DNA from: Clostridiaceae bacterium
Lineage (GTDB): Bacteria; Bacillota; Clostridia; DSM-8532
Length of the DNA stretch: 24,000 bases
Direction: 5' to 3'
Assembly (NCBI GenBank): GCA_012523685.1
Contig: JAAYTR010000238.1
Coordinates: forward strand, 9,567-33,566
The notes under the pieces were generated by a model. That model searched no databases and had not been told where the DNA came from. It saw only the letters and a list, made by a program, of their open reading frames with translations. The translations under genes were made by a program, and so were the position numbers. Positions within the stretch are counted from its first letter, which is position 1; every line of letters begins with the position of its first letter. Positions 15,331-24,000 of this stretch are shown here, one piece after another.

Positions 15331-17223
15331 TTGATTAAGAATAGTGATAAATGTTATGGATATCTTTCAAAAATAAATACCCCGGCAGAATTAAAAAAAA
15401 TGACATATGATGAAATGGGTATGCTGGCTGAAGAAATTCGTTTGTTTCTTCTTGATTCTGTTTCAAAAACCGGCGGACACATTGCCTCTAATTTAGGTGT
15501 TGTTGAATTAACTCTGGCACTTCATAAGGTTTTAAACACACCTGTGGATAAAATCATTTGGGATGTCGGACACCAGACATATGTTCATAAAATTCTTACC
15601 GGGCGAAAGGATTCTTTTGAATCACTGCGGCAATTAGGCGGCATTGCGGGATTTCCCAAAACCCAGGAAAGTGAATATGATGTATTTAATACCGGACACA
15701 GCAGTACATCCATTTCTGCTGCATTGGGAATAGCCAGGGCACGGGACTTAAACCGGGAGAATTATACGGTTGTTGCAGTAATAGGGGATGGTGCTTTATC
15801 GGGCGGAATGGCTTTAGAAGCATTGAATGATGCCGGAATGTCCCGCACCAACCTGTTAGTAATTCTTAACGATAACGGCATGTCAATTGCTCCCAATGTA
15901 GGAGGACTTTCACGGTATTTGAGTAAAATTCGTGTTCGGCCATTTTACTATAAAACCAGAGAATCAATGCAGGCTTTTATTGACTCGTTGCCAAACTCAG
16001 GGAAACGACTCAGAAAGTTTTTGCATAAAGTAAAAGCATCGATGAAGAGCATGTTTATACCATCGATGTTTTTTGAGGACCTGGGATTCCGGTATTTCGG
16101 CCCAATTGACGGCCATAATATTAAGGAAATGGTAAGAGTATTTGAACAGGCTAAAATGATGAAAGGACCGGTTTTAGTCCATGTTACTACTATAAAAGGA
16201 AAAGGTTATAAATTTGCCGAGGAAAATCCGGGTATTTATCATGGTGTCGCACCATTCGAAATTGAGACCGGGCAGTTGGTGAATTCAGGAGGAGAGAATT
16301 ATTCAGGCATTTTCGGTAAAAAAATGTGTGAGCTGGCAGAACAGGATAATAAGGTTATTGCCATTACTGCAGCAATGACTGACGGGACGGGCCTTTCACA
16401 GTTCAGAGAACTATATCCTAAGAGGTTTTTTGATGTAGGAATAGCCGAACAGCATGCGGTAACAATGGCTGCCGGTCTGGCTATGGGAGGTGCAAAGCCC
16501 GTAGTGGCGATATATTCAACTTTCCTCCAAAGGGCCTATGATCAGATTCTTCACGATGTAGCTTTACAGAATATTAAGGTGGTATTTGCCATAGACCGTG
16601 CCGGAGTTGCAGGTGATGACGGTGAAACACACCAGGGGATCTATGATATTTCATTTCTTTATACCATACCAAATATGACTATCCTGTCTCCGGCATCGCC
16701 GAATGAGCTTAAGAATATGCTGGACTATGCTGTTTTTGAACATAAGGGACCTGTTGCTGTTCGTTATCCAAAGGGTACAGGCCATGAATTTGACGGATCC
16801 GACGCTCCCATTGAATTTGGTAAAGGTGTGGTTCTAAAAGAAGGTACTTCTGTTACTCTGATAGGAGTAGGAAAGATGTTGGAAATTACCTTTGAAGCAG
16901 GCCGGTTACTGGAGTCTGAAGGGATTTCCTGTGAGATAATAAACCCGAGATTCTTACGGCCTGCAGATGAAGAAATTATACTGGCATCAGCCAGAAAAAC
17001 GGGAAAAGTTGTTGTGATAGAGGACGTTATTCAAGAGGGCGGTTTTGGTGCTTATGTAACCGGACTTATAAATGATGCGCGCACAGGAGCTTATACAAAG
17101 GTTATCGGTCTTCCGAATAAAGGTATCGAACATGGTAAAGTAGAATTGATATACAAAAAATACGGGCTTGATGCGCAAGGGATAAAAGCTGCTATTATAA
17201 AAGAGTTTGATTTGAATAAATGA
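15331..17223 (+). CDS. dxs: 1-deoxy-D-xylulose-5-phosphate synthase
   Basis: 630 aa. GGHIASNLGVVELTLALH, the TPP-binding motif GDGALSGGMALEALN, and IAEQHAVTMAAGLA. TTG start behind GAGGTG. Confidence 0.95.
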   Translation: MIKNSDKCYGYLSKINTPAELKKMTYDEMGMLAEEIRLFLLDSVSKTGGHIASNLGVVELTLALHKVLNTPVDKIIWDVGHQTYVHKILTGRKDSFESLRQLGGIAGFPKTQESEYDVFNTGHSSTSISAALGIARARDLNRENYTVVAVIGDGALSGGMALEALNDAGMSRTNLLVILNDNGMSIAPNVGGLSRYLSKIRVRPFYYKTRESMQAFIDSLPNSGKRLRKFLHKVKASMKSMFIPSMFFEDLGFRYFGPIDGHNIKEMVRVFEQAKMMKGPVLVHVTTIKGKGYKFAEENPGIYHGVAPFEIETGQLVNSGGENYSGIFGKKMCELAEQDNKVIAITAAMTDGTGLSQFRELYPKRFFDVGIAEQHAVTMAAGLAMGGAKPVVAIYSTFLQRAYDQILHDVALQNIKVVFAIDRAGVAGDDGETHQGIYDISFLYTIPNMTILSPASPNELKNMLDYAVFEHKGPVAVRYPKGTGHEFDGSDAPIEFGKGVVLKEGTSVTLIGVGKMLEITFEAGRLLESEGISCEIINPRFLRPADEEIILASARKTGKVVVIEDVIQEGGFGAYVTGLINDARTGAYTKVIGLPNKGIEHGKVELIYKKYGLDAQGIKAAIIKEFDLNK

Positions 17224-17232
17224 CATATGGGG

Positions 17233-17300
17233 GGGCATCCTGAGCGGTGCGCAATGCCCTCACTGTCATCCTGAGCGGAGTACAGCGTAGTCGAAGGACC
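17233..17300. repeat. Short GC-rich intergenic repeat unit (two CATCCTGAGCGG copies plus a GTCGAAGGACC tail)
   Basis: CATCCTGAGCGG occurs at 17236-17247 and 17267-17278. A GGGCAT/ATGCCC hairpin (17233-17238 / 17254-17259) is present. The minus-strand translation reads ...SAQDDSEG..., which I recall as typical of a widely dispersed extragenic repeat type. Confidence 0.5.
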
Positions 17301-17358
17301 TTATATGATAACTTGGAATGACCTATACTAATATGACCTATAGAAACAGAGGTATTAA

Positions 17359-18159
17359 ATGGCCAGGGAAAGATTGGATGTAATTTTATTTAAGAAAGGG
17401 CTTTTCGAGAGCCGGGAAAAGGCTAAAACCGCCATTATGGCAGGTTTAGTATTTGTTGATGGTGAACGCGCAGATAAGCCGGGTGCGTCTTTTGGCGAAG
17501 ATTGCACTATTGAGGTTAAAGGCAAGCCAATTCCATATGTCAGCCGCGGTGGTCTCAAGCTGGAAAAGGCAATTACCGAATTCAATATAGACCTAAAAGG
17601 CATGATTTGTGTGGATGTGGGTGCATCAACTGGCGGTTTTACCGATGTTATGTTAAGAAACGGAGCAAAAAAAGTATATTCAGTAGATGTAGGCTATGGG
17701 CAATTAGCCTGGGAACTCAGAAACAATCCCAAAGTAATCTGTATGGAGCGTACTAATTTCCGGTATGTAACTAAAGAGCAGATAAGCGAACCTTTGGATT
17801 TTGGTTCTGTTGATGTTTCTTTCATATCCCTGAAACTTATACTGCCACCTTTAAAAGCTTTACTGAAGCCTTTCGGTAAAGTTGTATGCCTTGTAAAGCC
17901 TCAATTTGAAGCAGGTAGAAACAAGGTAGGGAAAAAAGGGGTTGTAAAAGACCCCGGCGTCCATGAAGAAGTAATAAATTCAGTTATATCATCATCCCGG
18001 GAATTGGGGTATTCTGTTTCAGGTCTTTCGTTTTCACCTATTACCGGACCGGAAGGTAATATTGAGTACTTGCTTTATTTAATAAACGGGGACATGGAAA
18101 AAAAGTCTGAGATCATTGTCCCGGACACAGTCAAATCAGCGCATTCTACACTAGGCTGA
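17359..18159 (+). CDS. tlyA: TlyA-family rRNA (cytidine-2'-O)-methyltransferase (hemolysin A-like)
   Basis: N-terminal S4 domain (RLDVILFKKGLFESREKAKTAIMAGLVFVDG), an FtsJ-like fold with VDVGASTGGFTD, and KPQFEAG. Confidence 0.9.
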   Translation: MARERLDVILFKKGLFESREKAKTAIMAGLVFVDGERADKPGASFGEDCTIEVKGKPIPYVSRGGLKLEKAITEFNIDLKGMICVDVGASTGGFTDVMLRNGAKKVYSVDVGYGQLAWELRNNPKVICMERTNFRYVTKEQISEPLDFGSVDVSFISLKLILPPLKALLKPFGKVVCLVKPQFEAGRNKVGKKGVVKDPGVHEEVINSVISSSRELGYSVSGLSFSPITGPEGNIEYLLYLINGDMEKKSEIIVPDTVKSAHSTLG

Positions 18160-18164
18160 TATTA

Positions 18165-18767
18165 TCATATTTCGGATGGAATAAGATGCATTAATTCTTC
18201 TACTGTATTAGCAGCAGAGAGAACTTTCAGAATCTTCTTGCTGGGAGTATGATAAATAGTAAAATCGTCAGATTCTCCAATTTCCTCCCGAACGCTTTTA
18301 ATTGTGGATTCCTTAAACGGGTCAAACCCCCAATCATCGACATCTACCTGAAAACAGGCATCAATGCGTACCCATTTATCCAGTTCCTGAATATAGACAC
18401 CATTAAATCCATGGGCAATAAGCCTCTCAAGATCTTCATAATAACGGATTTGATAGCAGAACCCGGTGGGAATACCCGAAGCTCTCATAAGAGCAGCAAG
18501 TAGATGAGCTTTTGCAAAACAAATTCCATGCCCTTTATCCAATACCTCAGAAGCTGTTTTAGTTACACTGGTTGCATCAATATCAACAGAATGAAAGATA
18601 TGATCTCTTGTAAATTCATAAATTTCCCGCGCTTTTGAAAGATTGTCTTTTAGACCGTATGTAAGCTGCTGTGCTGTCTGCGATACCAATGGATGGTCAA
18701 AATCCAGCACATCACTGCTTTCAAGATAATCACTTATGTCCGACTTATCCGGATTCGGGTCAGGCAT
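18165..18767 (-). CDS. Transglutaminase-like cysteine peptidase-fold protein
   Basis: Cys-His-Asp core (GHGICFAKAHLLAALMRASGIP ... HGFNGVYI ... WVRIDA). Start moved from 18836 to the ATG at 18767, which has an AAGGAG SD 12 nt upstream on the minus strand. Confidence 0.8.
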   Translation of the reverse strand: MPDPNPDKSDISDYLESSDVLDFDHPLVSQTAQQLTYGLKDNLSKAREIYEFTRDHIFHSVDIDATSVTKTASEVLDKGHGICFAKAHLLAALMRASGIPTGFCYQIRYYEDLERLIAHGFNGVYIQELDKWVRIDACFQVDVDDWGFDPFKESTIKSVREEIGESDDFTIYHTPSKKILKVLSAANTVEELMHLIPSEI

Positions 18768-18863
18768 TATAATTTTCAACTCCTTTAAAAAATTCAGTTT
18801 TAATAGTATGCTACCATTGTTTTTTGTTTGATGCAAGACTATTATATTACTTATATTATGTTA

Positions 18864-18872
18864 TGCTATAAT
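18864..18872 (+). promoter_or_regulatory. Possible extended -10 promoter (TGcTATAAT) for the signal peptidase gene
   Basis: TGCTATAAT at 18864-18872, about 45 nt upstream of ATG 18914. Sequence match only. Confidence 0.3.
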
Positions 18873-18913
18873 CAGGAATGTAACGTTTATGGAAATTAAT
18901 CGGGGCGGTATTA

Positions 18914-19522
18914 ATGAAAATAAAAAAACTGATTCAGGAAATAATAGGTCTGATTGTCACAATAATAGTGATATTTACTATTGTCTTTACACTTAATTTG
19001 TTTGTTTTTACCATATCCAGGGTTAATCAGGTTTCAATGCAAAATACTTTATTTGAAGGAGATATTGTTTATTATAACCGGCTTGCCAGCAAACAGCATC
19101 ATTTTAACAGAGGGGATCTTGTGCTTTTTTTGACGGACGGAAGAGAAAGACATGGGATTTTAGACGCAATAAGTATCAAATTAACAGATTTAAAAGATGC
19201 ATTTACCGGCAGAGGGAAATTCACGAACAAGCGTTATGTCAAGCGTATTATAGGAATACCCGGAGATATTATAGAAATAGACGATGAAGGTAATGTTTAC
19301 GTGAACGGAGTGGTCGAAAACAAACCATATGTTTTAGGACATACTTCTAAAGGAAATATGGAGTATCCTCTTAAGGTTCCGGAAAATAAATTCTTTGTTT
19401 TGGGTGATAACAGGGAGATGTCTGATGACAGTCGTGATTTTGGTTGTGTCAGTATAAATTCTTGTGAGGGAAAAGCAGTTTTTATTCTTTGGCCCTCATC
19501 AAGAGTAAAACGAATAAAATAA
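18914..19522 (+). CDS. lepB: Signal peptidase I (S26 family)
   Basis: N-terminal TM, the catalytic Ser box VSMQNTL, the Lys box YVKRIIGIPGD, and GDNREMSDDSRDFG. Confidence 0.9.
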   Translation: MKIKKLIQEIIGLIVTIIVIFTIVFTLNLFVFTISRVNQVSMQNTLFEGDIVYYNRLASKQHHFNRGDLVLFLTDGRERHGILDAISIKLTDLKDAFTGRGKFTNKRYVKRIIGIPGDIIEIDDEGNVYVNGVVENKPYVLGHTSKGNMEYPLKVPENKFFVLGDNREMSDDSRDFGCVSINSCEGKAVFILWPSSRVKRIK

Positions 19523-19539
19523 ACTGTTGCGAGGATGAT

Positions 19540-20568
19540 ATGGAAAAACAGATTAATTATGAGAAAAGAAGGCTTCCTGTACCGTTTGATTCAGGCTTAA
19601 TGTATACTGTTGTTGCAATTTACTATGTATATGCATACCAGTATATTGCTAAGTTTAATTTTTCCACAGAAATAAATCTTGTACTTTCCCAGGTTTTATT
19701 TCTGGTTGTACCTCCTTTATTATTGGCTTTAATCAAAAAATACGATATAAAAGAAACGTTCAGGCTTAAAGCGCCAAAACCGATGGAAGTTCTACTTATG
19801 CTTGTTATAAGCCCCGTTATGGTTATTGCCGGATTCTGCGCCGGATTTATCGGACTTCTCGCTGTAAAAGGAATTTTTGGAAGAGTATATATTGCAGGCG
19901 ATACTACAGATTTAATGTCCAATGATATTATTATTTCTCTGCTGTTGGTAGCAGTATTGCCGGCGGTCTGTGAGGAATTGCTCTTTAGAGGGATGATTCA
20001 AAGAGGTCTGGAAAGGATTGGAGCAGGCTGGTCTATATTTTTAAGCGGTATATTATTCGGTCTGTTCCATTTTGATTTTCAACGGTTGGCAGCTCAGACT
20101 CTGATTGGGTTTCTGGCAGCATATGTGGTTTACCGTACCGGTTCAATTTTTAATGGTATGATTCTTCATTTTAGCAATAACGGTCTCTTGACGATTTTTG
20201 CAAACTATATGGCAGGATCAGAGGTGCAGGGCGCGCAAGTTGTGACTGATCCCTTTGATGTTCCGGAATTTGCGCAGATTGCGGCTCAATACAACATTTC
20301 AACTGAGCAGTTGCTTGGGATAATGGCAGCAGTGTTTGCGGTTTTTCTGGCAATAAGTGTGGCAGTTATTTTTGGTCTTATTATAGTTTTGAGATCCATT
20401 ACCCGAAAGACCGTGGAAAAACCTGATAAAATAAAAGGCAGCGGAAAAGGTATGCTTATCGGCCTTCCCGGTCTTTTAATGATAGGTATTGTCTATACAG
20501 GACTTGGATTAATGCTCCTTAATAACAATATGGGTCAGAAAATCCTTCAATTTATGGGAATGCTGTAA
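19540..20568 (+). CDS. CPBP-family intramembrane glutamic endopeptidase (CAAX protease-like)
   Basis: Motifs EELLFRG, FGLFHF and HFSNN on a polytopic membrane protein. Start set at ATG 19540 (GAGGA SD) rather than 19489, which overlaps lepB. Confidence 0.85.
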   Translation: MEKQINYEKRRLPVPFDSGLMYTVVAIYYVYAYQYIAKFNFSTEINLVLSQVLFLVVPPLLLALIKKYDIKETFRLKAPKPMEVLLMLVISPVMVIAGFCAGFIGLLAVKGIFGRVYIAGDTTDLMSNDIIISLLLVAVLPAVCEELLFRGMIQRGLERIGAGWSIFLSGILFGLFHFDFQRLAAQTLIGFLAAYVVYRTGSIFNGMILHFSNNGLLTIFANYMAGSEVQGAQVVTDPFDVPEFAQIAAQYNISTEQLLGIMAAVFAVFLAISVAVIFGLIIVLRSITRKTVEKPDKIKGSGKGMLIGLPGLLMIGIVYTGLGLMLLNNNMGQKILQFMGML

Positions 20569-20623
20569 CAGAGTATCAAATAACAGGTATTATTTAGTGT
20601 ATATACGGAAAGGTTTAGAATAT

Positions 20624-21484
20624 ATGATAATTGCTGATCAATGGACCGAATATAAGCTTCTGGATGCAGGAGACGGTGAAAAGGTTGAAAGCTGGAACGG
20701 TATAATTTTAAGAAGACCCGATCCCCAGGCCATCTGGCCCTGGACAAAACCGGATGTGCGGGACAATGTACATGCTCATTATCACAGAAGCAAAGCCGGA
20801 GGCGGACACTGGGAATATAAAACGGTCATTCCCGACAATTGGACTATCAGATATAAGAATCTGGCTTTTAATGTAGAGCCTACTGGATTTAAGCATACAG
20901 GCCTTTTCCCGGAACAGGCCGTCAATTGGGACTGGATGATGGAAAAAATAATTGAGTCAAAAAGGCAGATTTCTGTTCTCAATCTGTTTGCTTATACAGG
21001 CGGAGCTACCTGTGCCTGTCTTGCAGCAGGGGCTTCAGTGTGCCATGTTGACGCTTCAAAGGGTATGGTTACGTGGGCAAAGAAAAATGTTGAATTATCA
21101 AATCTGAAAGATAAACCGGTACGTTTTATTGTGGATGATTGTATGAAATTTGTCCAGAGAGAAATAAGGCGGGGTCGTTTTTACGATGCAATTATTATGG
21201 ATCCTCCTTCATATGGAAGAGGTCCTAAAGGAGAACTGTGGAAGCTGGAGGATGAGCTGTTTTCACTGGTAAATACCTTAAAGGATGTTATGAGCAATGC
21301 CCCGTTGTTTTTCCTTCTGAATTCTTACACTGCCGGTTTTTCTCCCAGAGTTTCGGCAAATATGCTTGAACTTTGTTTAAAAAGAAAATTTGGCGGAAAA
21401 GTTAATAGTGGTGAGATAGGTCTGCCCGTTACTGATTCAGATATAGTACTACCCTGTGGAAACTATGCACGATGGGACATGTAG
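20624..21484 (+). CDS. Class I SAM-dependent methyltransferase (RlmI/YwbD-like rRNA methyltransferase fold)
   Basis: LNLFAYTGGATCACLAAGA (motif I) and IIMDPPSYGRG (DPP motif). Start set at ATG 20624 (MIIADQW...). Confidence 0.8.
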   Translation: MIIADQWTEYKLLDAGDGEKVESWNGIILRRPDPQAIWPWTKPDVRDNVHAHYHRSKAGGGHWEYKTVIPDNWTIRYKNLAFNVEPTGFKHTGLFPEQAVNWDWMMEKIIESKRQISVLNLFAYTGGATCACLAAGASVCHVDASKGMVTWAKKNVELSNLKDKPVRFIVDDCMKFVQREIRRGRFYDAIIMDPPSYGRGPKGELWKLEDELFSLVNTLKDVMSNAPLFFLLNSYTAGFSPRVSANMLELCLKRKFGGKVNSGEIGLPVTDSDIVLPCGNYARWDM

Positions 21485-21523
21485 AATTAATTAGATTATA
21501 TTATGGTTGATAAAACAATTTAA

Positions 21524-21532
21524 TGGTATAAT
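21524..21532 (+). promoter_or_regulatory. Possible extended -10 promoter (TGgTATAAT) for rsfS-leuS
   Basis: TGGTATAAT at 21524-21532. The upstream TTGATA is only 14 nt away, so activity would depend on the extended -10. Confidence 0.3.
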
Positions 21533-21582
21533 ATCCAAATAGCATAGGTTGCGATTTTGAAAGGAAGGATTTTTATTCGCCT

Positions 21583-21945
21583 ATGAAAAATGAAAACAGG
21601 AATTTAAGACTTATTATCGATTCGTTGGAGGATAGCAAAGCCAAGAATATTAAAGCTATTGATATCCGTAATCTGACAACTATCGCCTATTATTTTGTAA
21701 TTGCAAGCGGCACGTCTGTTACACATATTAAAGCTCTTAATGATAATTTGGTTAAAAAGCTGTCGGAGAATGGATTGGAACCTTTAAGGATAGAAGGATA
21801 TAATCATGCAAGATGGATATTGCTGGACTACGGTGATATTATTGTACACATCTTCCATGAAGAAGACAGAGAATACTATGGTCTTGAAAGACTATGGCAG
21901 GACGGGAAATCTGTTGATTTCCGGGGACTGGCAGAGACTATATAA
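21583..21945 (+). CDS. rsfS: Ribosome silencing factor RsfS (iojap family)
   Basis: 120 aa. YFVIASGTSVTHIKAL ... WILLDYGDIIVHIFHEEDREYYGLERLW is the RsfS signature. Confidence 0.9.
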   Translation: MKNENRNLRLIIDSLEDSKAKNIKAIDIRNLTTIAYYFVIASGTSVTHIKALNDNLVKKLSENGLEPLRIEGYNHARWILLDYGDIIVHIFHEEDREYYGLERLWQDGKSVDFRGLAETI

Positions 21946-21972
21946 GGGATTCAAATATCGGAGGTTATAGAT

Positions 21973-24000
21973 ATGAGTTATTCTAGAGAAGTAGATATAA
22001 AATGGCAGAAAAAATGGGAAGACACCAATCTATATAAGTTTGATAGAAATAAGCTTGATAAAAAGCTTTATTGTCTTGAAATGTTCTCTTATCCATCAGG
22101 AGCCAATCTTCATGTTGGGCACTGGTATAATTTCGGTCTCACTGATTCATGGGCAAGAATGAAGAGAATGCAGGGTTATAATGTTTTCCACCCTCAAGGA
22201 TTCGATGCTTTTGGACTTCCTGCCGAAAACTATGCTATCAAGACCGGAATACATCCTATGGACTCAACTATGAAAAATATAGATACCATGAAACGGCAGC
22301 TGAAAGAAATGGGGGCAACCTTTGACTGGGACTATGAGGTAATAACCTGTGCCCCCGAATACTATAAATGGACTCAATGGATTTTCCTTCAGTTATATAA
22401 AAAGGGTCTGGCTTACAGAAAAAATGCTCCGGTTAACTGGTGCCCAAGCTGTAAGACTGTTCTGGCCAATGAACAGGTTGTAGATGGTGCATGTGAGCGC
22501 TGTAACAGCGAGGTAACAAGAAAGAATCTAACACAATGGTTTTTCAAAATAACCGAATATGCACAAGAATTGTTAGATTGTCTGCCAGGGCTGGATTGGC
22601 CGGAAAAAACCAAGAAAATCCAGACTAACTGGATAGGCCGTTCAGAGGGTGCACAGATAGAGTTTAAGGTGGAGAATGGGGATAAGTCTTCGGAGAATCT
22701 CGCATTCAATGTATTTACAACGCGTGCTGACACGCTTTATGGTGTAACTTATGTGGTTTTGGCGCCGGAGCACGAACTTGTTGATAAAATAGCCACCCCT
22801 GAGTGTAAAAAAGCTGTAGAGGATTATCGTACAAAGGTTAGCAAGGTTTCGGAAATTGACAGGCTATCAACAGCCAGGGAAAAAACCGGTGTGTTTACTG
22901 GTGCCTATGCTATTCATCCTCTAACCGGTAAGAGAGTCCAGATATGGATTGCTGATTATGTCCTCGGAGGCTATGGAACCGGCTGCGTTATGGCTGTACC
23001 TGCCCATGATGAACGGGATTATGAGTTTGCTACTAAGTATGGACTTGATATAATTCGTGTTATCAAAGGAAATGAAGGCGTTGATGATAATCTTCCATTT
23101 GTAGAAGACGGTATTTTAACAAATAGCGAAGAATTTGACGGAATTACGTCGGAAGATGCCCGCCTGAGAATTGTTGATAAGCTTTCCCAACAAGGGAAGG
23201 GAGAGCTTAAGGTTACCTACCGCTTAAGGGACTGGCTTGTTTCAAGGCAGCGCTATTGGGGGGCTCCAATTCCAGTTGTTCATTGTGAAAAGTGTGGTAT
23301 TGTTCCGGTGCCCGAAGACCAGTTGCCGGTTGAACTTCCTTATGATGTTGTATTTACTCCTGATGGCGAGTCTCCGCTTGCCAAATGTGAGTCTTTTATA
23401 AATACCGTTTGTCCCACCTGTGGAGGTAATGCAAAAAGAGATTCGGACACATTGGATACCTTCGTCTGCTCGAGCTGGTATTTTTTAAGGTATCCGGACA
23501 ATAAGAACGATAAAGAAGCCTTTAATACTGAATGGATAAATAAAATTCTTCCTGTTGATAAATATGTTGGTGGCGCAGAGCATGCTGCCATGCATCTTCT
23601 TTATGCGCGATTTTTCACAAAGGCATTGAGAGATATGGGTTATCTTAATTTTGATGAACCATTCCTTTCATTAATACACCAGGGTACCATTTTAGGCTCA
23701 GATGGCCAAAAAATGTCTAAGTCGAGAGGCAATACCGTAACACCGGACGAATATATAAACAAATATGGTTCTGATGTTTTCAGAATGTATCTGGCCTTCG
23801 GCTTTGCATATGTTGAAGGCGGCCCCTGGAGCGATGACGGAATAAAGGCTATAGATCGTTTCATAGGACGGATCGACAGGATAATTGAAAAACATGTTGG
23901 CGAAAGAGTAAAACCGTCTTCAGACACTATGGGAGCCGATGAGAAAGAGCTTAATTATGTGCGGCACAACACTATTAAAAGTGTTACCCAGGATACTGAC
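21973..24000 (+). CDS. leuS: Leucine--tRNA ligase, 3'-truncated by the window edge
   Basis: Absent from the track because no stop occurs in the window. ATG 21973 lies behind [28 protein letters not shown]..., the HIGH-type motif ANLHVGH, zinc-knuckle Cys pairs (CPSC/CERC, CEKC/CPTC), and KMSKS at ~23710. The frame stays open to nt 24000. Confidence 0.95.
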   Translation, partial: MSYSREVDIKWQKKWEDTNLYKFDRNKLDKKLYCLEMFSYPSGANLHVGHWYNFGLTDSWARMKRMQGYNVFHPQGFDAFGLPAENYAIKTGIHPMDSTMKNIDTMKRQLKEMGATFDWDYEVITCAPEYYKWTQWIFLQLYKKGLAYRKNAPVNWCPSCKTVLANEQVVDGACERCNSEVTRKNLTQWFFKITEYAQELLDCLPGLDWPEKTKKIQTNWIGRSEGAQIEFKVENGDKSSENLAFNVFTTRADTLYGVTYVVLAPEHELVDKIATPECKKAVEDYRTKVSKVSEIDRLSTAREKTGVFTGAYAIHPLTGKRVQIWIADYVLGGYGTGCVMAVPAHDERDYEFATKYGLDIIRVIKGNEGVDDNLPFVEDGILTNSEEFDGITSEDARLRIVDKLSQQGKGELKVTYRLRDWLVSRQRYWGAPIPVVHCEKCGIVPVPEDQLPVELPYDVVFTPDGESPLAKCESFINTVCPTCGGNAKRDSDTLDTFVCSSWYFLRYPDNKNDKEAFNTEWINKILPVDKYVGGAEHAAMHLLYARFFTKALRDMGYLNFDEPFLSLIHQGTILGSDGQKMSKSRGNTVTPDEYINKYGSDVFRMYLAFGFAYVEGGPWSDDGIKAIDRFIGRIDRIIEKHVGERVKPSSDTMGADEKELNYVRHNTIKSVTQDTD

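Noticed and set aside
18157-18167. Palindrome TGATATTATCA between convergent tlyA and the transglutaminase-like gene
   Set aside because: It is simply two stop codons facing each other across 5 nt. The stem is too short and AT-rich, and there is no U-tract, so it does not qualify as a terminator.
21946-21972. T-box leader upstream of leuS
   Set aside because: Only 27 nt separate rsfS and leuS. The 98 nt upstream of rsfS is too short for a T-box, and I could find no specifier-loop or T-box consensus there.
22413-23927. Four minus-strand ORFs (61-106 aa) inside leuS, and similar antisense ORFs inside motB, ytxC, ftsE, xseA, xseB, ispA, dxs and tlyA
   Set aside because: All lie antisense to long, confidently identified genes and have no SD or family resemblance. 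They are the chance ORFs expected opposite coding sequence.
1-24000. Scan for CRISPR arrays, tRNA/rRNA genes, transposases/integrases, toxin-antitoxin pairs and defence islands
   Set aside because: I saw no spaced direct repeats, no cloverleaf-like or rRNA-like segments, and no recombinase or nuclease-type ORFs. Apart from the large RNA locus, the window is core housekeeping sequence.

Overview
This is a chromosomal, almost entirely plus-strand housekeeping region from a low-GC, spore-forming Firmicute, probably Clostridia-like (ytxC, a SASP-like small gene, purine-rich Shine-Dalgarno (SD) ribosome-binding sites, several TTG starts). Gene order: motA (5' partial)-motB, a DUF378 gene (minus), a PC4-like ssDNA-binding protein, an uncharacterised protein plus ytxC, a PucR-type regulator, ftsE-ftsX-coiled-coil M23 peptidase, an S41 C-terminal processing protease, a small SASP-like ORF, a methyltransferase, and nusB-xseA-xseB-ispA-PAP2-like. 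Next comes a ~612-nt ORF-free, GC-rich, densely base-paired segment (14004-14615), followed by a 4-TM protein gene, dxs and tlyA. The window ends with a transglutaminase-like gene (minus), signal peptidase I, a CPBP protease, a methyltransferase, rsfS and leuS (3' partial). The stand-out element is the large structured noncoding RNA. From its size, its closing helix, its own promoter and its synteny (ispA ... RNA, 4-TM gene, dxs, tlyA), I interpret it as an OLE (ornate, large, extremophilic) RNA with its membrane partner OapA. This class is known but rare and mechanistically poorly understood. I cannot run a covariance-model search here, and that search is the decisive test. If it fails, the locus is an undescribed ~600-nt structured RNA. 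Secondary observations: two plausible small ORFs below the track cutoff (one SASP-like), a set of mutually exclusive hairpins ending in a terminator, a short dispersed-type intergenic repeat, and an ftsEX-linked M23 peptidase with intact catalytic motifs. I saw no CRISPR array, tRNA/rRNA, transposase, integrase or prophage signal.
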